IMG/VR virus record: IMGVR_UViG_3300013121_000013
Coordinates: 1 to 64,000 of that record
Source: a virus
Taxonomy: Duplodnaviria > Caudoviricetes
Reading direction: 5' to 3' (one strand)
Length of the DNA: 64,000 bases
The notes under the pieces were generated by a model. That model was not told where the DNA came from and made no database searches. It saw only the letters and a list, made by a program, of their open reading frames with translations. Shown here one piece after another: positions 24,980-35,217 of this stretch. A program made the translations under genes and the position numbers. How positions within the stretch are numbered: the first letter of the stretch is position 1; every line of letters begins with the position of its first letter.

Positions 24980-25003
24980 TTATTTTAGATAATGGAGGCA
25001 GCC

Positions 25004-25831
25004 ATGCCATTTAAAAGTGAAGCACAACGCAAATATTTATATGCAAAACATCCAGAGCTTGCTAAAAAATGGCAACAGCACACCCCAAAGGGAGCGGATC
25101 TGCCAGAACATGTAACTAGCTCTGATAATGAAAAGAAAGCATCATTTCTTCTTAAGCTTTTAGAGAAAAGGTCAGAGTCTACGCCTCCTCCAGGTCTTAG
25201 GCCAGCTGGAAGTATTGGAGAAGGTAGCTGTCAATCTTGCACCAATTTCGACGGACAAGGAAATTGTTCTAAATTTAACAGCCCGGTTCAGCCTACAGAT
25301 GTATGTGACGCATTCGAAGCTATGAAGGTCGGAACTAACGAAGTAGTCAGTCCAGAAAAACCAGTAGGTATTGATTCTCAAAGCTCTTCTAGTCTTGGAC
25401 TTCCTGGAGGAGAAGAAATAGATTTACCAGACTCGCCTATGGACGCAGAGAAGAATTTTAAATTTGCATTTCTTCTCAAGTGCGCCGAAGAGGGCCTCTC
25501 CTCTAAAGAAACACTTCTTAGAATAAAAATGGCAAGAAAAGCTTTAAGAGTTAAGCAGGCTGGATTTTGGTCAACACTTCTAGGTTTGAGCAAGCCAGTG
25601 TCAGACATAGCTTTCACAGCTGGTATTGCTGCTCCTATAGTTGGAGGTGGAGTAACAGGATATGGCTTGAGACAAATCCTAGGCCCATCGAAATCTCCTT
25701 TTGAGGATAGACTAAGAATTCAAAGAAAGAAAGACCTATCAGAAGAATATGAGAGACTAGCAGCTGAAACAGAGTATAAGCAGAAGCTTAGAGATGCAGC
25801 AGGTAAATCTGGTTTGATCAGATTGGGGTAA
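25004..25831 (+). CDS. Multidomain hypothetical protein with a 4-Cys HiPIP-like motif
   Basis: GGAGG RBS; MPFKSEAQRKYL N-terminus; CQSC..C..C cluster; TM segment. Confidence 0.65.
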   Translation: MPFKSEAQRKYLYAKHPELAKKWQQHTPKGADLPEHVTSSDNEKKASFLLKLLEKRSESTPPPGLRPAGSIGEGSCQSCTNFDGQGNCSKFNSPVQPTDVCDAFEAMKVGTNEVVSPEKPVGIDSQSSSSLGLPGGEEIDLPDSPMDAEKNFKFAFLLKCAEEGLSSKETLLRIKMARKALRVKQAGFWSTLLGLSKPVSDIAFTAGIAAPIVGGGVTGYGLRQILGPSKSPFEDRLRIQRKKDLSEEYERLAAETEYKQKLRDAAGKSGLIRLG

Positions 25832-25835
25832 TTTT

Positions 25836-26204
25836 ATGCCTGGAAGTTTGAGCAAATACTGGAAACAAAAGAAAGATACGTCTGGTAATAATTTATTTTG
25901 GCCTGGAACCTCTGACGGATATCCAGTTAGAGGTTCTATTCCACCGACACTAAAGCAAGATGAGTTTGAAGACATTCCTCTTGTTTATGATGCAAAAGCT
26001 GATTATTTTCGACTGCCAGAACAATTAGATGAATATTTAAACGTAATAGACAAAGCAGCCAATGGCTGGTTCCAGCTTAGACATGAACGTGTCGTTAAGC
26101 CATATAATCCAGAAACTGGCGAAGAGGTTATTTTCCTACAATGGCTAGAAATTCACGGAGAAGTACCAGATGTTAAATCAGGTTCGAAAGCTCGCAAGTT
26201 ATAA
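25836..26204 (+). CDS. Hypothetical protein
   Basis: 122 aa ORF. Confidence 0.65.
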   Translation: MPGSLSKYWKQKKDTSGNNLFWPGTSDGYPVRGSIPPTLKQDEFEDIPLVYDAKADYFRLPEQLDEYLNVIDKAANGWFQLRHERVVKPYNPETGEEVIFLQWLEIHGEVPDVKSGSKARKL

Positions 26205-27195
26205 AAAAGCAAATCCTGCTGACAAGCCGACTATTCAAGGTGATGCTTTAAGGGCTATGCTTTACACAGCCCTCGCTAGTGCTGGAGCAGGAATGGGATT
26301 TAGAGGTTTAACTGGCGCTTTAAACGCTTTTAAACAACCATATCCAAAAGATCGATTATCTAAAATGCCGACCATAGTTGACATTCCTTATCCTAGACGT
26401 GTGCAAGAAGACAAAGAGAAGCAGCGTCTAAGTTTAATGAAGACTTCCAATTATCTTTGGGATTTGTTAACAAATCCCAAAGCTACAACTCAGTCAGAGG
26501 TTCCTTTTATATATCCTGGGTTGTTACTGGCTGGAGCCGGCGGCGCAGCAATGGGATATAAAGGAATGGATAAATTCTTAAAAAATAGGCAAGAAAATGT
26601 ATTAGAAACCGACCTTGCTGCGGCTAGAAAGAGATATCACAAAGCGCTGATCTCTCAATATTTAAACCCTTCTTTACAAAAGAGCAGTGAATGTGAAGAG
26701 GAGGTAGAGGCTGGCCCAGATATAGACAATGATGAGGCAATGCCGTCTGACGCTCAAATGGAATATTATGCCGGGGATGATGACTTCTTCGATTATTATG
26801 AAGACTTCGATTTTGACGACATAGAGGACGAAGACGAAAAAGAAGCAGCGTATGCAGAGAAGATAGGATCAGAATTGGATGCCTTGTATCACGAAGCTAC
26901 AGAGAAGAAAGCTAATAATTGGTTCGACAAAGTTTGGCCTCATGCTATGGGTGCATATCTAGGCATTGCCGCGCCTGCTGCTGTCGGCAGTGGCATACTT
27001 GCATATAACTATGCAGACAAGAGAGATCCTAAAAAGATGCTTGATGAAGCAATAGAAGCTAGAGAACAAGAAGCTCTTGTTAGAAGGCCTAGAGAAGTCT
27101 TTATCAGGCCAGTTCCTATTGACGTAACAGACGAAAATAGAGAAAAGAAGATGCGTCAAGCATTGAGTAAAATTAAGTTACCCGCAGATCTATAA
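26170..27195 (+). CDS. Hypothetical protein with 3 Gly/Ala hydrophobic segments and an acidic tract
   Basis: 341 aa ORF. Confidence 0.7.
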   Translation: MLNQVRKLASYKKANPADKPTIQGDALRAMLYTALASAGAGMGFRGLTGALNAFKQPYPKDRLSKMPTIVDIPYPRRVQEDKEKQRLSLMKTSNYLWDLLTNPKATTQSEVPFIYPGLLLAGAGGAAMGYKGMDKFLKNRQENVLETDLAAARKRYHKALISQYLNPSLQKSSECEEEVEAGPDIDNDEAMPSDAQMEYYAGDDDFFDYYEDFDFDDIEDEDEKEAAYAEKIGSELDALYHEATEKKANNWFDKVWPHAMGAYLGIAAPAAVGSGILAYNYADKRDPKKMLDEAIEAREQEALVRRPREVFIRPVPIDVTDENREKKMRQALSKIKLPADL

Positions 27196-27213
27196 ACAGA
27201 AATAGCGAGAACC

Positions 27214-30200
27214 ATGTTACCAGATATCCTAAAGCCAAGAGAACCAGCCCCAGCCACGCCACAACAGGCTGGGGTTTTGTCCAATCCTCCATCTTCTCAA
27301 TGGGGGAAGCCCACATCTATTAATATGCCTCCAGCGCCTGAGGTTAATCAACGATCTTTTGGTGATATAGACGCCACTAGAAAATTGATCTTCGATAACG
27401 TACTGGCAGCGGCACAAAGAATAGAGCCTGTCGGTAACTCCAGGCACATCATGGAGGTTAGCGATGTTCATTATCATGGGCCAGATAGATACTCTATCAA
27501 AGAAAGAAAGAAAGCTATTCTTGCGGGTAACTCGTTGCAAAGAAGATTAAGAGGAACCATAGTTTTAAAGAATGCTGCTACTGACGAGCCTATAGATAAA
27601 GTTACTACGACTTTAGCTCATGTACCGTATTTAACGGAAGGCGGTACGTTTGTTTTAAATGGAAACGAGTATACGTTAGCCCACCAAATGAGGCTTAGAC
27701 CTGGAATCTTTGCGCGTATTAAAGAGAACGGCGAGATCGAATCTCACGTTAACATTCTTCCAGGTAAGGGCGTATCGCATCGTTACTATCTGGACCCTGA
27801 GTCTGGACAATTTAAAATTAACATCGGACAAGCTAGAATGCCGCTAATGCCTTTGTTGAGGGCGATGGGTGTAACAGATACTCAGCTGAGAGAGCATTGG
27901 GGTAACGACATCTACAATAGCAATGCTCCTTTGGATGATCCATCTGTTATCGATAAGCTTTATAAGAGATTGTTTAAAAGTTCCAAAGAGCAAACTCCAG
28001 CTGGGAGGCGTAAAGCTGTTGCTGAAGCATTTTCTAAAATGGAATTAGACTCTGATGTAACCAGAGCTACTCTTGGTAAAGGATTTAAAAACCTAAGCCC
28101 AGCCGCTATTCTATCAGCAACCAGAAAATTGATTTCGCTTAATAAAGGAGAGACAGATCCTGACGATAGAGATCACTTGGCGTATCAGACCTTCCTTGGC
28201 CCAGAGGATCTCTTTGCAGAAAGAATTAGAAGAGATAAAGGCGTATTAAGAAATATACTTTGGAAAAGCAGCTTTAAAGGCGACTTGAAATCCGTAACTC
28301 CCGGAACTCTTACTAAGCACTTGCATGCAGCTATAATGGGTAGCGGCCTAGGTCTTCCTTTGGAAGAAATTAATCCTTCTGACATCTTCGATCAGCAGAT
28401 GCGCGTAACTCGACTTGGCGAAGGCGGTATACCCAATATTGACGCCGTTCCAGATGAAGCTAGAAGCGTGCAGCCTTCTCACCTTGGGTTTATTGATCTT
28501 ATTAGAAGCCCGGAAAGCTTTAAAGTAGGCATTGATTCAAGAATGGCATACGCTGCTAAAAAGGGTAGCGATGGTAGGATCTATACACCTCTCTGGGATA
28601 TTAAGAGCAATAAAGTAGTTTATAAATCTCCTCAGGATATTTCCGAGTCTGTAATAGCATTTCCAAATCAGCTAAATAGAGGAATGTCTCACGTAGCGGC
28701 GTTAAAAGCTGGAAAGCTAAGCTACGTACCAAGAGACGAAGTTGAAATGGAAATACCAGACTTTGAAAGCTCCTTTTCGCCTTTAGCTAATCTTGTTCCA
28801 ATGAAGTCAGCTGTTAAAGGACAGAGAGTGGCTATGGGTAGTAGAATGTATACCCAGGCTCTTCCTGTCAGAAATGCAGAGGCTCCGTTGGTACAGACAG
28901 GTATTCCTGGAAAGCAAGAAAGTTTTGAACGACTATTCGGACGACAAATGGGCGCTGCGTTTGCCGATTCAGATGGAGTTGTAGAATCTGTAACGCCAGA
29001 TGAAATTGTCATTAGAAATGCTGATGGTAGTAAGTCTGTAAAAGAGCTGTATAACAATCTGCCATATAATCGTAAGACATTTTTGCACAATTCTCCTGTT
29101 GTGCAGCCAGGCCAAAGAGTTAAAGCTAATCAGGTTCTTGCTGCTAGCAACTATACAAGTAAAGACGGAGAAGTAGCTTTGGGTCTAAACCCCAGAGTAG
29201 CATTCTTGCCGTATAAAGGTAAGAACTATGAAGACGCTATAGTTATATCGGAAGACTTTGCTAAAAGACTAACTTCTGAACATATGTATCAGAATGATAT
29301 AGAGTGGGATCCGAGCCATAAAAAGGGCAAGAACACATTTACGTCTATCTTTCCAAGCAAGTATTCAAGAGAAGTGCTTGATAATATGGACCAAGACGGA
29401 ATTGTCAAGCCTGGAACTACCGTAAACTATGGCGATCCGCTTATCTTGGTGGCTGCACAAAAGCAGCTTGGACATGGTAGTGTTATGAAGGCCAGATCTA
29501 ATGCGTTTAGTGATAAATCGGTAATCTGGGAACATCATTTCCCAGGTGTTGTAACAGACGTATCGCCAACTAAAAAAGGCGCCACTGTCGCCGTTAAAGC
29601 TTATGTACCTACGCAGGTAGGCGATAAGATGTGCTACTCAGAGGATACTCAGGTTTTAACATATAATGGTTGGAAATTTATTTACGAGATAACGACAAAT
29701 GATTTAATTGCAACGCTAGTAGATGGACGTGAACTACAATACTTTAAACCTGTAGCTGTTCATAAATATCCACATAAAGATAGAATGTATTCTTTAGAAA
29801 CTACGCAAGTTAGCTTACTAGTCACGGATAATCATAGACTATATGCAAAACCAAGAGATAGAGAAGAATACTCTCTTATCGAGGCTAAGAATCTTTTTGG
29901 ATCTAGATTTAGTTTAAAACGTAATGTTGAGATTTTTGACGGGAAGAATGTAGATACAGTAAAGTTAGAAGATATAATTATAAGATGCGGAAGAGGAGGA
30001 GCTGCCACAAAAACTGTTGTAGGTCCAGAAATACCTATAGACACTTACTTAATGCTACTTGGAATGTACTTAAGCGAGGGTAATCTTGTAGACCAACCAT
30101 CGAGTGGAAGCTTTGGCTTTGATATAACACAAGTCAAACCGGACTTCAAATTGAAAATGATAACTGCTTTATCTAAAGCAGGAATCAAATTTTGTAGCCA

Positions 30201-33200
30201 TAGTAGAAATAATAAAATACGCATATATAGTAAACATTGGCTGCATCATCTTAAAAGTTTTGGGTCGCGTTGTTACTATAAACGAATTCCTTCTTTTATA
30301 TTTGATTTAGATGTAGACAAGCAGAAGTTATTATTAGACTGGTTGATGTGGGGCGACGGCCATATTTCTAAGACCACTGGATCAATGTCCTACACAACCA
30401 CATCTAGACGCCTTGCTGATGATATACAACGTCTTGTATTGAATATCGGTATGTCTGCTAACATAAAGCATAAGACTGGTGGCAAAACCGTATACATACG
30501 AAATAGAAAGTGTATAACTTCAGATATATATAGAATTTCTATATACAGATATAAGAATTTTCCAACTATAAATCATGGTCATTGTGATAACCAAAATGGA
30601 CAACGTGAGCAATGGGTAGACTATGATGGTTATGTGTATTGTCCGACCATGCCGCATAGTAATGTTATATATGTACGAAGAAATGGCAAACCTGTCTGGT
30701 GTGGAAATAGCAACAGATTTGGCGGTAAAGGTGTAATAGCTGAAGTAGTGCCAATGGATGAAATGCCAACTGACAAGGACGGAAAACCCTTTGAAGTTTT
30801 GCTAAATCCGCTTGGAGTAGTAAGCCGATGCTACGATGAGCAAACAGAGTTTCTAACAAAGCGCGGATGGGTATTCGGAAAAGATGTTCGAGATGAGGAC
30901 ATCTTTGTTTGCTATCATCCATGGACTAAAGGTTTATTTGAATTAGAACAGCTAGAACGATTTTATGCTGCGGACTACAAAGGAAAGATGCTTAAGTTTG
31001 AAAACAAAATGACAAACTTCTGTGTTACTCCTAATCATAGAATGTGGGCCGCTTGTGGATATCCTGGTGCGCCTTGGCAGGAAGTAACAGCGGAAAGAAT
31101 TGCTGGAAGAAAGGGTTGGAAGGTTCCAGTTGCTGGTAGGCCGATTCCTGGAGTTGAGCAAGCCTTCGTTCTTCCGCATTTTGATTATCACAAAAAGGAC
31201 ACAGCATCAAATAAAGAAGAAATTGTCATTAACGCTGGTGATTGGGCTGAGCTTCTCGGATGGTATATCGCAGAGGGAAATTCTGATGAAAAGGTACATA
31301 TAAGCCAGAGCAGTACAGCCAATGCGGAAAACTGTAGAAAGATAGTCAAGCTTTTAAATAGACTTCCTTTCTCTTGGCATTACAACCCTAAGAATTGTCA
31401 GTTTCATATTACTTCTAAGAGACTAGTTGAGGTTCTAAAGTCCTTTGGATTATGTGACAAGAAATATATACCAGACTGGTTATTTAGACAGCCTCCGCAT
31501 ATTAGGCAGAGATTTATTGATTCGTATCTGGCTGGTGACGGAAGTAAAGATAAATCCTATAGAGACAGCCAGTACTCTGGTGCGTCTACTATGTCTGAAC
31601 GTTTAGCCTCAGACCTTCAGAGATTGTTTGTATATCAAGGTATTTCTGCCAATATTAGTAAACACAAATCTGGAATTTGGAGAGTTGGTATACACCAGAA
31701 GAAGCACAGAATTCTTGAATCGCAGAACTGGAGCGAGATAGACTACGACGGAAAAGTATATTGCCCGACTGTACCTACAGGCTATATAGTTACTAGGCGA
31801 GCAGGTAAGATACTTATAGCAGGAAACACTAATCCAGCCCAGGTATTAGAGATGGCCTTGTCCAAAATAGCTAAAAAATACGGACGACCAGAGGTTGTAC
31901 ATGACTTCAGCGAAATAGAAGATTTAACTGAATGGGTTAAAAAGAGAATGGACGAAGAAGGTTTATCTTCTACTGAAGACCTTATAGATCCTAAGACTGG
32001 AAAGAAGATACCAAATATTTTGACCGGCCATCAGTTTATGATGAAGCTTCACCATACTTCCGAGTGCTTTAGTGCTGACACTGAAGTCTTAACTTCTGAA
32101 GGTTGGAAGAAGTGGCCAACTGTAACGAGCAAAGATAAACTAGCTACAGTAGAATTAGGAAGTAATAAGTTATTCTTTGAAGAGCCTCTGGAGTTAGTTA
32201 AGTATCATTTCAATGGTGATCTATTACAAGTTTCCAACCAATGTATAGATTATGCCGTTACGCCGAACCATCGATTGCTGTGTAGTTTTGAGAAATCTTC
32301 TGATCTAGAATTTAACACAGCTAAGAATGTTTATTCTAGAGACTTCTATATACCTCAATCTGGATTTATAAACTCTGAGAATATTGACGAAGGCGAAGTT
32401 AATATAAACGGGTTAAGCTTTAAATGGGATGACCTTTCAGAGCTTATTGCCTGGTGGGCAGCTAGAGGCAGTGCTACATCTTTAAAAGGCAAAAACATAG
32501 TAACCATATATCAAAATGAAAACCTTAAACCCGAAGGCTTTGCCTCAATTGATCAGCTACTGTCGAGACTAAAGCTTAACTATAAAGTTATAAATATATA
32601 TGGCAGAAAACTTGGCTTTACTATAAAGGGTAAAGAGCTTTCTAAATATTTTGTAAAGCTTGGGTCTAAAATATGTAATAAAAAGCTGCCAAGAGAGTTT
32701 GTTACACAAACTTCTTTAGAGACTCGTAGAAAGTTTTTAGGCATAATAGCCTTTAATAGCGTTGTGGAAAAAGAAGATGGAAGGAAGTTTTATTCTTTCT
32801 CTACGAAGTCCAGACAGTTGGCAGACGATATTCAAGAAGTTGCTATCAGATCCGGCTTCTCAGCTGTCGTAAAAAATGTAGTTATGGATAAGATGTTGAC
32901 CGGATTTAAAGTAGAGATCTTTACTAACAATAAGCGTGTGAAAGTAGACCAAAACAGCCATTCTTATCTACAGTATTCTGGAATGGTATACTGCGCCAAT
33001 ATGAGAAATGGCCTGCTGTACGTTAGAAGAAACGGGAAGCCAATGCTTTCTGGAAATTCTAAGTCTCAAGGTAGAGGTCTTGGCGGCTATACAGCAGAAG
33101 GAATTCCCGCAAAGGGCGGGGACGATGCTAGTAAAAGAATGGCTATGATGGATACTTACGCTTTGCTGTCTCATGGAGGTATAGATATCCTTAGAGATTC

Positions 33201-34743
33201 TAATTTAATCCGTGGGCAGAGAAATGATGAGTATTGGCAGGCGTTTATGACTGGTCATAGGCCGCCTGCTCCTAAAGTTCCATTTGTATATGAAAAGTTT
33301 GTTAATTCTTTAAAGGCTTCTGGTATTAATGTAGTGCGAAAAGGTTCACAGACTCAATTAATGGGATTAACTGATAAAGATATAGAACAGATGGCTGGAG
33401 ATAGATATATAACAAACGCCGAGACTGTTGACTGGAAAGAAGGATTAAAGCCCGTTAAGGGAGGTTTATTTGATCAAGCTTTAACAGGCGGGCACGACGG
33501 CACGCGATGGGCGCGAATTAAGTTACACGAACCTATGCCAAATCCTGTTTTTGAAGAGCCTATCAGGAAGATCTTGAATCTTACTCAGTCTCAATTTGAT
33601 GATGTTATTAAAGGTAAGAGAAGTATTCATGGTCACACCGGGGCGAGCGGTATAAAGAAGCTTTTAGAGAATATTAATCTGGATAGAGCAATAGAGACAG
33701 CTAGAGCTGAAATAGCTGGAGGAAAAAAGAGCGCCAGAGATATGGCTATCCGTAAACTGGGATATCTAAAAGCTGCACAAGCTACTGGTGTTCATCCAAA
33801 AGATTGGGTAGTTTCTTCAATTCCAGTTTTGCCTCCAGCTTTCAGGCCTGTGTCGGTCATGAAAGGAAGCGGAGGTCAGCTAGTAGCTGATCCTAATTAT
33901 CTCTATAAAGAAGTGTTTGACGCTAATGAAACTTTGTCACAGCTGGCGACCATGGTCGATGATGTTGGGGAAGAGCGACTAAATGTATATAAAGCGTTTA
34001 AAGCAGTGACTGGTCTAGGCGACCCAACTCAACCAAAAAATCAAGAGCGTCAAATTCGCGGTCTTCTCAGACACGTATTTGGCGATTCTCCTAAATTTGG
34101 AATGGTGCAACAAAAGTTATTAGCGTCTTCTGTAAACTTAGTCGGTAGATCAGCGATTACTCCTAATGCAGATTTGGACATGGATCAGGTAGGCCTTCCA
34201 GAACCAACTGCTTGGTCTGTGTATAAACCATTCATTATTCGTAGACTCGTTCGTAAAGGTTTAAAGCCTTTAGATGCGGCCAGATCTGTTGCTGATCAAA
34301 CAAAAGTGGCTAGGGAAGCTTTAATTCAAGAAATGGAAGATAGGCCAGTAATTGTTGACCGTGCGCCTGTACTTCATAAGTATGGTATTATGGCTTTTAA
34401 ACCCTTATTAACTAAGGGGCATACACTTCAAGTCAACCCGGTAGTAACTAAAGGCTTTGGTGCCGACTTTGACGGCGATCAAATGAATTATCACGTACCA
34501 GCTGACGACGACGCTGTTGAAGAGGCACTTCATAAGATGTTGCCATCTAAGAATCTCTTTGCCACTTCTAGCTTTAAAGCTCATTATCTGCCTAACCAGG
34601 AATATGTAGGCGGTCTTTATGCGGCATCAGTTAATAAGAATAAAAATAGGCCACGAAGGTTTGCTACCAAAGCGGACCTTTATAAAGCTATAAAATCTGG
34701 AAATGTTAATATTGACGATCCAGTCGAAGTCGTACAAACCTAA
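27214..34743 (+). CDS. DNA-directed RNA polymerase beta subunit fused to the N-terminal (catalytic) part of beta', with 3 inteins
   Basis: GTFVLNG, NYEDAIVISE, GDKM|SNRFGGKGV, LNPLGVVSR|TN, KLHH; then GGLFD, PVLPPAFRP, RAPVLH, ADFDGDQM. Confidence 0.95.
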   Translation: MLPDILKPREPAPATPQQAGVLSNPPSSQWGKPTSINMPPAPEVNQRSFGDIDATRKLIFDNVLAAAQRIEPVGNSRHIMEVSDVHYHGPDRYSIKERKKAILAGNSLQRRLRGTIVLKNAATDEPIDKVTTTLAHVPYLTEGGTFVLNGNEYTLAHQMRLRPGIFARIKENGEIESHVNILPGKGVSHRYYLDPESGQFKINIGQARMPLMPLLRAMGVTDTQLREHWGNDIYNSNAPLDDPSVIDKLYKRLFKSSKEQTPAGRRKAVAEAFSKMELDSDVTRATLGKGFKNLSPAAILSATRKLISLNKGETDPDDRDHLAYQTFLGPEDLFAERIRRDKGVLRNILWKSSFKGDLKSVTPGTLTKHLHAAIMGSGLGLPLEEINPSDIFDQQMRVTRLGEGGIPNIDAVPDEARSVQPSHLGFIDLIRSPESFKVGIDSRMAYAAKKGSDGRIYTPLWDIKSNKVVYKSPQDISESVIAFPNQLNRGMSHVAALKAGKLSYVPRDEVEMEIPDFESSFSPLANLVPMKSAVKGQRVAMGSRMYTQALPVRNAEAPLVQTGIPGKQESFERLFGRQMGAAFADSDGVVESVTPDEIVIRNADGSKSVKELYNNLPYNRKTFLHNSPVVQPGQRVKANQVLAASNYTSKDGEVALGLNPRVAFLPYKGKNYEDAIVISEDFAKRLTSEHMYQNDIEWDPSHKKGKNTFTSIFPSKYSREVLDNMDQDGIVKPGTTVNYGDPLILVAAQKQLGHGSVMKARSNAFSDKSVIWEHHFPGVVTDVSPTKKGATVAVKAYVPTQVGDKMCYSEDTQVLTYNGWKFIYEITTNDLIATLVDGRELQYFKPVAVHKYPHKDRMYSLETTQVSLLVTDNHRLYAKPRDREEYSLIEAKNLFGSRFSLKRNVEIFDGKNVDTVKLEDIIIRCGRGGAATKTVVGPEIPIDTYLMLLGMYLSEGNLVDQPSSGSFGFDITQVKPDFKLKMITALSKAGIKFCSHSRNNKIRIYSKHWLHHLKSFGSRCYYKRIPSFIFDLDVDKQKLLLDWLMWGDGHISKTTGSMSYTTTSRRLADDIQRLVLNIGMSANIKHKTGGKTVYIRNRKCITSDIYRISIYRYKNFPTINHGHCDNQNGQREQWVDYDGYVYCPTMPHSNVIYVRRNGKPVWCGNSNRFGGKGVIAEVVPMDEMPTDKDGKPFEVLLNPLGVVSRCYDEQTEFLTKRGWVFGKDVRDEDIFVCYHPWTKGLFELEQLERFYAADYKGKMLKFENKMTNFCVTPNHRMWAACGYPGAPWQEVTAERIAGRKGWKVPVAGRPIPGVEQAFVLPHFDYHKKDTASNKEEIVINAGDWAELLGWYIAEGNSDEKVHISQSSTANAENCRKIVKLLNRLPFSWHYNPKNCQFHITSKRLVEVLKSFGLCDKKYIPDWLFRQPPHIRQRFIDSYLAGDGSKDKSYRDSQYSGASTMSERLASDLQRLFVYQGISANISKHKSGIWRVGIHQKKHRILESQNWSEIDYDGKVYCPTVPTGYIVTRRAGKILIAGNTNPAQVLEMALSKIAKKYGRPEVVHDFSEIEDLTEWVKKRMDEEGLSSTEDLIDPKTGKKIPNILTGHQFMMKLHHTSECFSADTEVLTSEGWKKWPTVTSKDKLATVELGSNKLFFEEPLELVKYHFNGDLLQVSNQCIDYAVTPNHRLLCSFEKSSDLEFNTAKNVYSRDFYIPQSGFINSENIDEGEVNINGLSFKWDDLSELIAWWAARGSATSLKGKNIVTIYQNENLKPEGFASIDQLLSRLKLNYKVINIYGRKLGFTIKGKELSKYFVKLGSKICNKKLPREFVTQTSLETRRKFLGIIAFNSVVEKEDGRKFYSFSTKSRQLADDIQEVAIRSGFSAVVKNVVMDKMLTGFKVEIFTNNKRVKVDQNSHSYLQYSGMVYCANMRNGLLYVRRNGKPMLSGNSKSQGRGLGGYTAEGIPAKGGDDASKRMAMMDTYALLSHGGIDILRDSNLIRGQRNDEYWQAFMTGHRPPAPKVPFVYEKFVNSLKASGINVVRKGSQTQLMGLTDKDIEQMAGDRYITNAETVDWKEGLKPVKGGLFDQALTGGHDGTRWARIKLHEPMPNPVFEEPIRKILNLTQSQFDDVIKGKRSIHGHTGASGIKKLLENINLDRAIETARAEIAGGKKSARDMAIRKLGYLKAAQATGVHPKDWVVSSIPVLPPAFRPVSVMKGSGGQLVADPNYLYKEVFDANETLSQLATMVDDVGEERLNVYKAFKAVTGLGDPTQPKNQERQIRGLLRHVFGDSPKFGMVQQKLLASSVNLVGRSAITPNADLDMDQVGLPEPTAWSVYKPFIIRRLVRKGLKPLDAARSVADQTKVAREALIQEMEDRPVIVDRAPVLHKYGIMAFKPLLTKGHTLQVNPVVTKGFGADFDGDQMNYHVPADDDAVEEALHKMLPSKNLFATSSFKAHYLPNQEYVGGLYAASVNKNKNRPRRFATKADLYKAIKSGNVNIDDPVEVVQT
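29632..30708 (+). mobile_element. Intein 1 with LAGLIDADG homing endonuclease (359 aa)
   Basis: CYSEDT...VTDNH...LLGMYLSEG...LMWGDG...CGN|S; interrupts the GDKM-SNR motif. Confidence 0.9.
30829..31827 (+). mobile_element. Intein 2 with LAGLIDADG homing endonuclease (333 aa)
   Basis: CYDEQT...VTPNH...LLGWYIAEG...YLAGDG...AGN|T. Confidence 0.9.
32065..33057 (+). mobile_element. Intein 3 with degenerate homing endonuclease (331 aa)
   Basis: CFSADT...VTPNH...SGN|S; LAGLIDADG acidic residues lost (WWAARG, IIAFNS). Confidence 0.88.
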
Positions 34744-34755
34744 AAAGGACTAATA

Positions 34756-35217
34756 ATGTTAAAAAGCGTTAAGAACTTTTGTGTATATATGTTTCTATCT
34801 GCTAGAATGTATTTAAAGAATAGGCAACTTCTTAAAAATATTAATTTTGAGATAGATAAAATTAATAAGAATAAGTTTAAATATTACGAAGACGTAACTA
34901 AGTCGGATTTATTATGCAGGCTAAATGAATTGCAAGTAGACTTGCATTCTTTTAAACTAAATTACGTTAAGAGATCGACTAGTGACGTTTTGGGTGGTTA
35001 TGATATTAACATAGAAGTGGGCGGTCGTAATTTATCTGATTGTGGCGTCCTGGTTCAGGGTGTGGACATCAGTATTAGTTCTAAAGATTTTATACCTAAG
35101 GTTACGCTTCATACAGTAACTTTACCTAACGATTTTGTCTCGTCTAAGGAGCCGACAAGAAATGAAAAACCTGAGCAGGTCGTTGATAAAAACAGCGTCC
35201 ATAAGGGCGAAGTCTGA
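34756..35217 (+). CDS. Hypothetical protein
   Basis: AAGGA RBS; 153 aa. Confidence 0.55.
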   Translation: MLKSVKNFCVYMFLSARMYLKNRQLLKNINFEIDKINKNKFKYYEDVTKSDLLCRLNELQVDLHSFKLNYVKRSTSDVLGGYDINIEVGGRNLSDCGVLVQGVDISISSKDFIPKVTLHTVTLPNDFVSSKEPTRNEKPEQVVDKNSVHKGEV

